Source: Gnetum montanum
Lineage: Eukaryota; Plantae; Gnetophyta
Assembly (NCBI GenBank): GCA_015680685.1
Contig: MNCI01001305.1
Location: 93,887 to 157,886, forward strand
Direction: 5' to 3'
DNA length: 64,000 nucleotides
Positions 1 through 12,800 of this stretch are shown piece by piece; positions within the stretch are counted from its first letter, which is position 1, and the number at the start of each line of letters is the position of its first letter. The notes below the pieces were generated by a model. That model was not told where the DNA came from, did not search any database, and saw only the letters and a program-made list of their open reading frames with translations. A program made the position numbers and the translations under genes.

Positions 1-414
1 AAGATTTGAAATGAAATATAGAATGAAAAGTACTTATGTAAATTTGAATAACTACATAGGTTTGTGTGAGATTACATTCCTATTTACTAGGATCTTCCTC
101 TCTAGCACTATCTCCCAAATGTTAGTGAAGCATATGCATGATTTCTAATAAAGTGATTGCTTAGTATTTATACTCATAAGGGCATGCTAAAGCCAACTAA
201 TTAGGTAATTAGTAATAGAAAAACTAAAACTAAAAAAGAAAGTACATATGATCCTAAATTTCTAAAATTAAAATAAAATATGATTCCTAAAAGGGTATAT
301 ATTCCAACATTAGCTTACTAGGGTACTCTTAGGGGGTGTTAGAATAAAAAATAATAATAATAATTTTAAACAAATTTATAGAACATGAGATCATCCAAGA
401 GAGAGTGTAAAGAA

Positions 415-600
415 AAAGCCCAATAGTTTTGGGGATGTCTTTTCAAGTTTTTAATCTTATAACCCATCTTGAGAAAAACTCCCCTTTGAGGTGGGAAAAG
501 GATCAAGCCTCACCCTTATTCAAAAGCACCCTAATTGGTTTTTACTTCTTATTAAATGGTTTATTGTAAAGAAAAAGAGAAAAATATCTCTAAAGGAAAA
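415..600. repeat. Diverged copy 1 of a ~190-bp segment also present at ~1950-2125 (probably LINE 3' region)
   Basis: aaaagcccaatagttttg...cttataacccatcttgagaaaaactccccttt...gaaaaggatcaagcctcacc aligns by eye with gaaggcccaacacttttg...cttataaccaatcttgaggaacttcccctct...gaaaagaatcaaatcttacc. The second copy lies just downstream (minus strand) of the LINE ORF2 remnant. Confidence 0.55.
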
Positions 601-2199
601 ATAGTACATCAATTAGAGATAAAGAAAAAATAGTAACAAAAGCTAAAAGCTTCCCATCCTTTAGCCTCCAAAACAAAAAGAAATTGATATTGTAGAAATT
701 AAATTAATTATTCAACTTTCATTTGGAGTTTTGTTTTACTTAACGTTGTAGCTAAAAAGTGACACTTTGAGAATCTGATATTTGACACTTGAAAAGAGGT
801 CATAGTTATGCTCTTGTTGTTGGAAAATAACAGTACACCAAAACATTCAAATAGAATAGAGAATAAGTAGTCAAAGATAATTTAAAATGAAAAAAAAAAT
901 TGTAGGAAAAGTAGATTAATCACTAAAAATGGCTTCATTGATGCTTGGTTAAAAGTTATAAATTTTGGATGTCTGTTTCCAAGCATTCTAAGCAACATGA
1001 CACTTTAAAAAAAACATGAGAAAATGAGTTTTCACTTCTATAAAGAGGACATCTCTAAATTCTAACCAAGGTCCAAGGTTCAAACCCAACATAACTTAAC
1101 TACAGTACTACCCTATGCTACTATTCTAAAACTAAAAATGCCAATTAATTAATTAATTACAAAAAAACATGTCACAAGCATAACAAACAAAGCATACCAC
1201 ATACTAGATGTAGAAGTACATGTACCAATTACTTATCTAGTACCTAATGCATGTTAACTCAAAACTTCAACAAAGGGATTAGTGTAGATATGCTAAGATA
1301 AAATAATTTAAAATATTTAAATCACTTTATAAAGGTAATTATAATGTAAATAGCTAAACTATGCAACCCACATGTGTTCAAAATAAAATAAAACTAAAAT
1401 GATTTAAAATATGTGTTATGTGTTCATACGTATTTCATTTCAAACATATATTTTTTATGCAAGTTATGTTTGTGCATGCTTTTGGATTTGAATTGTGGAA
1501 AAATTAAAGGTGTAGGTGAGACCTATACTAACTTTAATGGCTCCATACCAGTTGGATACTAACCCATATGTTTAGCTTTCCAAATTTCTAATCCTAGTTA
1601 TCAGGTCCATTAGGGAGGGATTTAATTTATTTTTCATTTTCAATCTTAGTGACTAACTCTTTCTCATATCTTTATAGGTGTATTCAGAGCTAATAGAGTT
1701 AATAATGGTTTCAAGAATAAAGCTTAGTGTAATAGTTTAGATTAGAATTCTAGCATTTGTATTTAAGTATATGTAATATTTTATAGGTTTTGGTACATGA
1801 GCTTTGTTTTATAAATTGATATCCATTGGTTATTGACATGAGAGTTGTTGGGTACCTAATCTCAAAAAAGAAATATATTTAAAATAAAAACTTGAATTCA
1901 GAGTACAAAAGTAGAGAAACAAAAGAGACACTCCAAAATAACAAAAAGAGAAGGCCCAACACTTTTGAGAATGACTTTTAGGTTTTCATCCTTATAACCA
2001 ATCTTGAGGAACTTCCCCTCTAGGGTAGGAAAAGAATCAAATCTTACCTTTCTTCAAAGGAATCCAAATGGATTTTCACTTCCTACTAAAGAATTCCTAT
2101 TAATAAAAAAAGAAAACTACATAGAGAAACATTTAGAGATTTACCTAAAGCATCAACTACTAAATGATGTCACCTTAAACTAATAAAGGAAAAAATTAG

Positions 2200-2544
2200 T
2201 TGGAGAATATTTGTAAAAAACTACATTACATTGAAACTTTCAAATGGAATAAAGAATACGAAGATGAAAGCAACACCAACTATGAAGTAGAAATCTTGAA
2301 GTTAAAGAGTGTCATCAAATAAAAATTCATTTAATATTGATTGAAAACCTTGTAAATACCTACTATTCTAAGTCCAAGTGCAAAAAGTAAGGGGACAAGT
2401 GAAAAAATAATGGATGAATGTATCTTCCATTTTGCATATAGAACATCTTGGATCATGAACATCCAAATGAGAGAACCAAATACCAATAGGAAAACCTTGA
2501 TGAATGCAGTGCCATAGAAAATGTCTAATTTTTAAAGGAGCAAT
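2200..2544 (-). pseudogene. L1-type LINE ORF2 C-terminal remnant (zf-RVT region)
   Basis: APLKIRHFLWHCIHQGFPIG...PRCSICKMEDTFIHYFFTCP...W matches the P.KI..FLW...LP...C..C...ET..HLFF.C...W pattern. Cut at 2544 by the LTR of element A. Confidence 0.8.
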
Positions 2545-4374
2545 TGTGACATCCAAAAATGTTAGTGGATGGAACATCAAGAGGTCCATAGGCATACAAC
2601 CTAACCCCAAATTCTTGGGAGGGCTGTGTTGGGTGAAACAGAAATGAGGTGCCCTTAATGGTCTGGTTGATTAGATAGGGACTTACATGGTGTAACAATA
2701 ACCATTTTCAAAAGCCTAAAAATAGTATTGTGAAGAAACAACAATACGTGTTAGCAATAGGAAACATAGGAAATTATGCTAAAATTTGAAACAAATGCTA
2801 AAGGAAAATTAAATGAGAGTTTAGGTGAAGAAATGCACCACCCCAAGACTAGGGAACATGACTTTTGATTATACAATGTGCGAGATTGTTATGTAGTGTC
2901 AGACAGGCACAGCAGGGCAGCGTGGCAATGTGGTTATAGTCTTTGGGACATTACAGACTTGGTGCTAGAAGCTACAAAGGAGGTTGGACCTGCCAAACTA
3001 ATAGTTGTCACACTGTGCGGGTGCAAGGAAAATCATCAAAATACTTAGCCAAGTGTTAAGCTCGAGTGCCTAAGTGCAGGGATGATGAAGATGCTAAAAG
3101 TGTTCTAATGCTTGATTCTTAAAATTATTTGTTGATCCACCTCTAAAATATTGATTATTGGCGTATTTATAGGTCTAGGGTTGACGTGAGATGTGGACTG
3201 GATGACACATGGCTTGGGTCCCACGTAGCATGGGTGTGAACAAGTCACACTAACATGTTACGCTCAAAATGTCAAGCTCTAAGTGTTAAGCTCAAAATAT
3301 AATGCTTTGCAAGATAGGAATGGGAACTAAGAATCTACCAAATTGTGACCACATCACCTGGATTGGATGTGACGGAGTCTAAAGGACTACCATGTACCTA
3401 CAAACAATGCCAAAACAAATGCAACTTGGAGCCTATGCTCCAAGACTACGTCTTCCCCCTCTTTCGAGTAGGGTCAAGTGTAGGGACAATTTTGGGGATC
3501 AATAAAGGGTGCAAAAGCAAAGAAAACTATTGATCTTGGTAGTTGGAAGGATATTGAAGCTAAAATGAAGGTCGATAGCTTCCAAAGGCATTTGGAAGCT
3601 TTTCCCAAGTGTCACGATGTTTATGCTGCATAGTGTGACAAAGTGTAGTGTGAACACTTAGAAAATTTTTGTAGATTTTGGCTTGTCACGCTATCTACGC
3701 TGCATAGCATAGCAGAGTGTAGCACAAGTACTTTGACAAATTTTATCAAAATTTGCAATGTTTCTTCATGGCACACTAACCACACTCTGGGGTGTAGTTG
3801 GAAAGGTAGCCTTGAAAGTTAGAAAATTGCCAAATGCATCTTCCATATCTAGATAGCTTAATAGACTTCTTGTTCAACACTTAGAAAAATTTGGCCCTAA
3901 AATTTGTGTCATGCTAGCTATGTTGTGCAGCATAGTAGAGCATGGCAGGTCCAAAAGATAGAAAATTTGCCAAACTATTTTTTCCATGCTGAGCACCTTT
4001 GACAACTTCTAGCTTGGTACTTGGGTGGACTAGCAACTGGGACATGTGTTAAGCTAGGTGAGTTGGAGAGCACAACAAGCTTGACAATTTGGGAGATAGA
4101 AAATTTGCCAAACTATTTGGTCCATCCCTAGTGACTCTTGACTACTTCTGGCTTGACCTTTGTGCAAACTGGCCATGGAAGTGTGTGCTACACTGGCTAT
4201 GTTGGGGAGCATAGTAGGTAGACTTAGAAAAATTTTGCAAAAATAGGACTCCTAGTGTGCTACACTATCTATGTTTCACAACATGACACTAGACTTAGAA
4301 AAATTTTGCCCAAGTTTTTACCCTTAGATAAATTTGTCATTAAACTATAGGAGCCTGAAATTAGTGGTGTTTCA
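2545..4374 (-). repeat. 3' LTR of element A (~1830 bp)
   Basis: Minus strand starts TGAAACACCACTAATTT and ends ...TGGATGTCACA. Its last ~150 nt align with the ends of the B and C LTRs. The upstream ctccagatgtcaacaaagacgggccaa matches the pre-LTR sequence of B. TATAAATA on minus at 3164-3171. Confidence 0.85.
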
Positions 4375-5689
4375 TTGGCCCGTCTTTGTTGACATCTGGA
4401 GGACTAGCCCGAGAGACATCAATAAAGAATACAAAACACCATGATGAACACGACACCAGCACCCTTCGTCAGTGCCTACTTGGAAAATGCTTTGCTATGC
4501 TTGAGAGTGCCAAAGAAATGAGGTGTTATAGGGAATAATTTAGGGAGATGGGTTAAGTGACAATGGGTAGAGTGAATAGAATGGATAGCTATGGGATGTA
4601 ATGCCACGATGGCTTATCACTATAGCATGATCCCTCATTGGAGTACTTGTGAGGGAGTTAGCATGCATAAGTATCCTACTCTTTGGATTTCAACCTCTCA
4701 TTGGCGTACTTATGAGATAGTNGTGTTACATCCATTTGGGCCTTTGACCAACCCACAAAGGCTCCACATGGGATGAGTTGCATTACATCTGCCATGTGCT
4801 TAGTGGCTAACTATAGGAAAGGTTACATGTGCATTGGGGAATCTTGCAAGGGATGTGGAAGATTGCAAGATCTAGAGATAGAGGTTAGGTTGGCTTAGGG
4901 TATAGTAGGGATGTGCACTCTTAAGAAGTTAGGTGAGTTGAAGTGAACACATTAGAATAATGAAGTGCATTACTGTCATTATGAAATGCACCCTTAAACA
5001 ATGCCACCTAGGTTTCATCCTACAAATGCAACATAGAGAAAACAAGAAAAACAACCACTAGATGAGATGAGGGCAAATTCTTGCCTACCCAATGCATTGC
5101 GAAAGCTATGACTATTGCGTCAGTTGCATACAGTGTCCAAAGTAGGAAGGCTAGTCTAGGCATCGGTGCTGGTAGGCTGGAAAGCTCCAACAACCACACC
5201 AGAAGTGAGCACTAAAGTGGCTAGGAGTAATGGTAATGTAGGTGCTCAAGAATTCTCACCAAAGGTAGGAGACAGGAAACTTAGCTACAAGGTGAAAAGA
5301 TAAGTTGCTGAATGTTCTTCCAGACTCAGGTGATGGTGAGGGTTGAAGAATGAAAATGCTATGGCTAGGCCATAGTACTGTTGGGACTCCAGCAAGTGTT
5401 ACTAATGACAAGAGCTATGACTAGAATGATTGGTGGTGGTGACGGTAGCTCTAGAAGGTCAACAAGATACCAAAAAACATCTCTGGAAGATAAGCAAGAT
5501 GCTAGGGATGGTAACGTTGCAAATGTCCCAATGGGTTTTTTCTTGATGATGTGAACTTCATTCTAGAACTACAACACCCCACCCCGTCTTGCCTAAGAGG
5601 TGTGGGTAGGAAATGAAAGATTGAAAGTATTCTCACTTGCTATTTAGAGAACCATGTGTGTTGGATTGTAGGTGCTAAATTGTGAACCA

Positions 5690-5990
5690 AGTTTTAGGTC
5701 TTAGTAGACCACCTATTGTGCTAGTTTAAGGTCCCAGTAGATTGTGATCCCAATTTAAGGTCTGGGAAGACTGATGTGCTAGTTTAAGATTCTAGTAGAC
5801 CATTGTGCTAGTTTAACGTTGTAGCAGATGATGGCTGGCTAGTTTAAGGTCATAGCAGACCATGCTATGGGTGTCAGTTTAATGTCATAGCCCAAACACA
5901 TTCTATGCCAATTTAACATCATAGTGGATGTCTATGCTAGTTTAACATCATAGTAGATGTTTGTGCCAGTTTAATGTCATAGTAGAAATC
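5690..5990 (-). repeat. ~30-bp tandem array downstream of INT in element A
   Basis: About 10 units with plus-strand core gctagtttaaggtc / agtttaacatcatag. Confidence 0.85.
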
Positions 5991-6028
5991 TACTTACCTT
6001 GCTTTTGTCATAGATGCCATACTGCATA

Positions 6029-9000
6029 TCAAGTGTAGTATGGCTTTAGGTATGAGTGGTTAACAAGATTGGAAAACTCATTGCCATCTAGATTAGCAAG
6101 CTTGAAGGCTCCATTGTTGTACACCTTAGTGATTAAGAAAGGCCCTTCCCTGTTGGCTGAGAATTTGTCCACAGGCTCACAGATGACCTTGAGGACTAGG
6201 TCCCCTTTCTTAAATGGGTGTTGATGCTAATTTTGGTGATGCTTTTGCCATTTCTTCTCTTGGTACCATTCAATGCAATTAAGTGTTTGGATGCGCTCCT
6301 CCTCTATAAATTCAAGGTTGATGGTTCTCAACTAGTTGTTCTGAACCTCATCAATGAAGTTCAAGAGGATCATGTGAAGTGATGGGACCTACAATACAAG
6401 AGGCAACATTGCTTCAGATCCATACACAAGACTATATGGCATTTTACTTGTCATGGTTATGCATATCATGCACTAGGCCCATAGTGCATAGACAAATTTT
6501 TCATGTCATAATCGCTTGCTATTGTTAAGCATCCTCTTCAAAAGGTTGACGATGACCTTGTTTATAGCCTCCACTTGACTGTTCACCTAAGGGTAGTATG
6601 GTGACAAAAAAGAGTGTTTGATGTGAAGGTTTTCATAGAAGGCTTTGATTTCTACATTGCTAAATTGTGGCCCATTATCTATGACTATAGTCATGGGGAG
6701 ACCAAACTGGGTCACTATGTTGTCAAGGATAAATTTGCAAACTTGTTGAGATGTTATCTTCCTAAGGGGAATAGCCTTAACCCACTTTGTGAAATACTCA
6801 GTTGTAGTAATGATGAAGTTATGTCCTATAGAAGACTTAGATGTTATAGATCCTATAATTTCCAACACCCAATGTTGGAATGGCCACATAATCTATGTAG
6901 TATGCAATTTAGTAGGTGACACCAACATTAGGTTTGCAAGGCACTGACACAGATCACATGTCTTGACTTTGGAGATGCAATCATGCTTCATGTAAGGTCA
7001 AAAATAGTCTAGACATCTAATTTTTGTTGCCATTTCCATAGAAGATATGTTATCCTTACATAGTCCTTCATGGACTTGGTTCATGATCTTTTGTGCCTCA
7101 CTGCCACTAACAAAAGTTAATAGTATTCCATCATAGGACTTATGACATAAGGTACTATCACCTATGAGGATGTACTACCATGATCATTTTCATATTGCGT
7201 CCTTTTCAGTAGATGTTAAGTTTTGTGAGGGCTCTCCCTATTGAAGGTATGCCTTAATATCATCATACCACTCTTGGGCATGAGCTATACATATGGATAC
7301 GATGCTTGTTGCTGAGTTATAGGTTTAGTGCAATCCACTATCGAAGTAGGCAAAGTAGAAAACATGTTTGGCAATATGCTTAAGGCTAAAGTAGCTAGTG
7401 CATCAGCTATGGAATTTTCATTGTAGGAGATATGTTGGACATCTATGCTTGCAAATTATTTAATTAAGTGTTTTACCAAATCATAGTAAGGTTGTAGATG
7501 TTGTGATTTACAAGCGTAGATGTTTGTGACTTGGTTAAGTAGATGTGAATCACCTGGGAATGCTATGTTTTAAATTCCTAACTCTTGAGTTGCTAAGATT
7601 CCTCTAAGGAGACCTTCATGCTCCACCATGTTGTTTGTACAAAGGAATGTAAATTGGTATGTGAAAGGTCGAATCTTCCTAGAGGGGAATGTAATAATAG
7701 CAATGGAACTACCACCTTGTGTGGTCGAAGCACCATAGTGTAAAAAGACCTCAAAATTTGCAAGTACTTGGCTTATACTACTAACATGCTCATCTAGGAA
7801 TTCTAGATCTATCATTGGTAAATTGTCTATGAGTTAAGCCGTGAGTTGTGTGGCTATTTCTTAACCTTTTGTGGATGCTTGTGCTATGTAGTGTAGGTCA
7901 AACTTTATGGTTATTGCCTTCCATCTTGCTATTCTGCTACTTTCATATATGTTTGTTGTAATAGCCCTAAGTACATTTCTCTTATAGATGACATTAACTT
8001 GACTACAAAAAAGGTAGTGTGTCCATTTTTAGGTGCAAAGACCAAGGTGAGATAGTTTTTCTTCACATCATTATATTTTTTCTTGTATGCTACTAACACA
8101 TGACTTAGGTAGTAAATAGAAACCTTGAAACCATTGTCTCAATTTTGGCAAAGCATGGAAGCAATGGACGTGTCTGAGGTTGCAAGGTAGATGTAGAATG
8201 TTTTATCTCTTTGCAGAGGATAAACTATTGGAAGTTGAGCTAGCTTCTTTTTTAGGTTGTCAAATGCCTCTTGGCATTGAGCTGTCCACTCAAAGTTGAC
8301 CCCTTTTTTGAGTAGATGTTACATTGGTTGTAACTTATCAGTTAATCTTGCATTAAAACTACATATGAATTGTGTCCTACCTTGTAACCCGCATAAGTCC
8401 TTAAGGTTTTCTGGTGGCATCAATTTGGTAATGGCCTTGACCTTGTCAGGGTCTACATGTATTCCTATTTCTGATACCACAAAGCCTAACATGCGATCGG
8501 TTTTAACACCAAAGACACACTTTTTGGGATTAAGACAAAGGTCATGTCTATGGTAATTTTTGAGGACATAGTCCAAGTCATTCATGTGGTCATGAGCCAT
8601 TTTGGATTTAACTGCTATGTTGTCAACATAGTCATCAAGTAATTCTAACAAATAGTCACTAAAGATGTATGTCATTGCATGTTGATATGTTGCACCTCCA
8701 TTCTTTAATCCAAAGGGCATCATTGTATAAAAAAATGTGCCTTAGGAGGTCATGAAAGTAGTGGTAAGTTGGTGTTCTAGGTTAATGTGAATTTGGTTGT
8801 ACCCTGAGAACCCATCCATGAAGCACAACAAGGCATGAGTAGCTGTAGTATCAATGAGTTGGTCAATATAAGGCAATGGAAAATCATCTTTAATGGTTTC
8901 CTTGTTTAGGTCTTGAAAATATATGCAAATGTGTATACCTCCATTTTTCTTGGGGACAACTACGATATTTGAAACCCATTTTGCATAGTCAACTATCCAA

Positions 9001-9375
9001 ATGAAACTAGCTTGGTAAATTTTAGTGATCTCATTGCTAATGGCCAATATGACCTCAAACTTAATTTTATGAGCTTTTTGTTTAACTAGTTTAACGTGTG
9101 GATCTAGGATAATGTTATGTTGTATTATACATGGGTCTAACCCTAGCATGTCCTAGTAAGACCATGCAAACGCTTTGATATTGTCACTAAGGACTTTCGA
9201 GATGCTTTGTTGGATTTGAGGCTCTAGTAAGGAACTCAGTTACAATGTTTTTGCCTTATCTTTGCATGTTGGTACAGGGACTTCTAAGAGGGAATCCTCA
9301 ATCATGTCACCTACTTCTAAGTCTAGAGCTTAGACTAGATGTTCTAGTGACATCTCTAGGGATGCTATCTTGGTC
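6029..9375 (-). pseudogene. Element A pol: RT (~8319-9150), RH (~7900-8210), aRH (~7370-7815), INT (~6029-7260)
   Basis: WVSNIVVVPKKNGG, DDFPLPYIDQL, MDGFSGYNQI, MPFGLKNGGATYQ, YVDN; aRH CTNNMVEHEGLL; INT EYFTKWVKAIP, DNGPQF, SPYYP. Many stops and frameshifts. Confidence 0.93.
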
Positions 9376-9677
9376 ACAAAATTATTAGTTTAAGGTCATG
9401 GCAGACCATAGACTATGCATGAGGTGTAAGTCTAAACAAGGCTTGAAAGGTTTGAAACATGGGGCCAAGCTAAATGTTCATCGGGCAAGTAGAAACAAAA
9501 TGTAACAATTTTCCAAGTGTAAAAAACTAAAAAAGTTAGAAAATTTTTCTAACTATGGGTGTTACATTATGTGGGACATGGGACATTCCACATTACGCAC
9601 AAGACATGGAGCATTCTACATTACGCACGGGACATGGGATGTCCCAAAATGGTGACATGTTATTTGATCCTGAAGGG

Positions 9678-9685
9678 TATATCTA
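9678..9685 (+). promoter_or_regulatory. Degenerate TATA box of the antisense gene in A
   Basis: gggTATATCTAagggtttaccc is homologous to ggcTATAAATAggggtttaccc in B, ~150 nt upstream of the exon-1 ATG. Confidence 0.45.
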
Positions 9686-9827
9686 AGGGTTTACCCATCA
9701 TAAACCTATCATTTTTACCATTGGAGCCAATAGTCATCTGAGCATAGCATAGCTAGGATAGAGTGTAGCAGCCACAAAGGAAAGCCAGAGCATGACAAAA
9801 AGAGAGCCAAAGTGTGAGAACAAGAAG

Positions 9828-12800
9828 ATGACATGTAGGAGCAAGTGTAGATAACCTAGCCTTGCTACTATTGATGAAGGTCAACGCACCCTGCAGCATA
9901 TTCCTAGGGCATGCATTGAAGAGTGCCAAGAGACACCATCTACCAAGTAGGCCCTCTCACTGCACTTGTGATTTTTCATTCCTTGTTGCTTCCCATGCAT
10001 TTATGCTTTGGGGTCTTGGGGTTTGGAAGGTGACCTGCCATGGGTAGGGACTACCGCTACTACCATCATCATCATGGCCATTATGCCATAGTTGTCACCA
10101 CCACCATGATCGAGGAGGGAGAGCACACCATGGATCTTGTGTGTTTTGTTTTGTTCTTTTTTGGAGGAAGGGTTTGATGGTTTCCTATGCTGCGGCACTA
10201 GGCAAGGGTTTTGCTATGGGTTTCTCGATGTTCAGTGCCATGGGATGGGACAAGGTTTTCTGTAACACTTCGCACAGTGGGACAGAACAAGCATTTTACA
10301 TGTGCTGTCAGTGTAATGCATTAAGAGGTTTTGGGTGCTTTGCATCCTATGTTGTGTAACAAGGGTTTCCTGTGTTTCGCAAAATGGGATGGGATAGGAC
10401 TTTCATGGGCATCTTGCACCACAATGTAGGATCAAGGTTTTTTTTTTTGATGTCTTGTGTCATAAGATAGGGCTTGGCTAAGGTGGTCAAGCTTTGGGCT
10501 ATCAAGCTTTGGGCATGACAAAAAGTTAGAAAAATTTTGGCCTTACTACGTTTAGCACTTAGAAAATTTTATATGTCCTATCATTTTCACACTCCTTGGG
10601 ACCATCACCAACACTTAGAAAATTTTTTACAACTTTTTTCCAGTAACTTTCATACTCCCTAGCAACATAATTGACACTTTAAACAAGTTTTTTTCAAAAT
10701 TTTTTATTGATAATTCTATAGATTCCATGCTCCCTGGGAGCATGAAAAATACTTAGAAAAACTTTCTAAAATTTTTTTTGCTAGTTGTTATGTAGTTGTC
10801 ATGTTCCATAGGAGTGTGAAAAACACTTAGAAAAAATTTTTCTTGGAAAGTGTCACGCTTTGTGAAGAGCATGACCAACAATTAGAAAATTTTTGTTGTT
10901 TTTTTGGAGATTGAATATTGTAATGTTCAGAAAATCTAGAAGTGTTAGTTTTCTTATGAATCATTTGTTTGTTACTTTTATTGTTTTATTGCCCTTTCCC
11001 AATACTAATGATTTCATTACTATGGCACTGCAGGGTCCTGTTAAAACCTGCCCTTATCATGGTTGAACTAGTAGGGATCCTATATTGTATGAGTGATCCC
11101 GTGCCCAATGTCCTTGCACTGCATGCATTCATAGGACACTAGGTGGTTTGGTTTCGGGAGGGTGCACAGGAATTCTTAGAATTCTTGCTTCACCATGTCA
11201 ATGTGATCATATGGTCACACTTGTTCACTGAAGCAGCAGGTGTCCTCATTGAAATGTTTTTGCTTGGGTAAAACTAAGGAATTTTAAAATTTATGTTAGA
11301 CAAACTTGCTGAAGGCGAAGGGGAGGGAGCTCAAGCTAGCACCCAAGAGGTCTCAGGCCCTTATCTTAGATCTGGGAGATGCCTGAATTCAAGTGTTACC
11401 ATAACTACAACATTGTATTTCTTGCCTACCATGTGGACATAACCTTCCAGAACCCACCTAGAATAGTTTACTACATTAGAGGGTGAGCCCTATTGTGATT
11501 GATTGATTTTTGTTACTATATCATGATTAGCATGCTTATTGCTTTTTTCTGTTTATTGCCAGATTTTTTGTTGATGAAGATGACCTTCATGATAGAGAAG
11601 GGACATTAGCCCTAGTCCAAAAATCCCTACAAGAGTTCTCATCTACTGAGAACATGTGTGTTGGTGTCATAAGAAAAATTGGGGTGAATATGGTGAATTA
11701 TCCTATTAATTACTCCAAATCCTATGTGAAGTGTTGAGATCTTGGTTGGTTGGATGTTGAATGGACATCCTAGATACCCACTATAGAAGAAGTTTTAGTC
11801 CTAGTACCACCATTTCCCACATGGTTTGTGCTAGGTAAGTTATGTCACTCATTTATTTTCATGCACATTTTTTTTATTTTTCATCACGTTGCTAATTCTA
11901 TCTTTGTTCACTGTAGTTACAACCAAGTCCAGAGAGGTCATAGTGATTGTCTCAAGATACACCAAGGCTAATCTTCTTTTCAAGTATGGCAAGGTTGATG
12001 GTTTCCAACATTGGTTGTGCCATGAGGCCCCAACAAGGATAATCCAAAATCTTCAATAGGCTAGGTTCTTGGACCTATTCTTGGCTATGAACCCAAGCAT
12101 CCCAATAGCGGAGATGATTGTCCTTATTGATTCTTTCACGAAGAGTGCCAACTATTTTTGCATGTAGGTTCACAACATGTGGGTGGTCTTTGAGATCATA
12201 GAAGACCTCTTTTCAGATCTCTTTGGTGTTCCCTCTAAAGGTTTACTTGTAAGTGAAAAGACAAACAAGGAGCTATACCATAGAGGGGATATTGAAGAGT
12301 GGCTGGGCATTGAAAAAGGCTACAAGGGCATCCCCATGAAGTAAGTAAAATTGCTGGTGGCTCAACACCTCTATCCCATCTTCTGGGCTCACACATTTCC
12401 TAAGCTACTTTCCCAAGGAAAGGTCCTTGGGGTAGATCAGGCTTGGGTTATGAGGGATGTAATAAAGGAAGGGACATAATAAAATTGGGCCAAATACCTT
12501 GCTAACCTCGATGCACGCTCTCATGTACATTTTTTCTTTTTTGTGGCATGCTTGTGAAGGTTTGCAAAATTCTTGGTGGTCTATGAAAATGGGCTATGGA
12601 TGGTGCAAGATCACACCTAGATATCCAAGCCATGGATCTACCATCTATTCTACACGATATGGTCACAGGACCTCCCAAAGGCTATTGGTGAGTCCTTTTC
12701 AGTAAGCACCAAGGGCCACGTGGGACCATCCTACCATGTGCATGATAGTGTTGGAGAGGTTCCTCTTATCAACATAGGTAACACAGTGATGGGGGCATGA

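Noticed and set aside
1-309. Possible end of another LTR (...TATATTCCAACA, minus-strand TATA at ~165)
   Set aside because: No partner LTR, PBS, PPT or coding domain is visible in the window.
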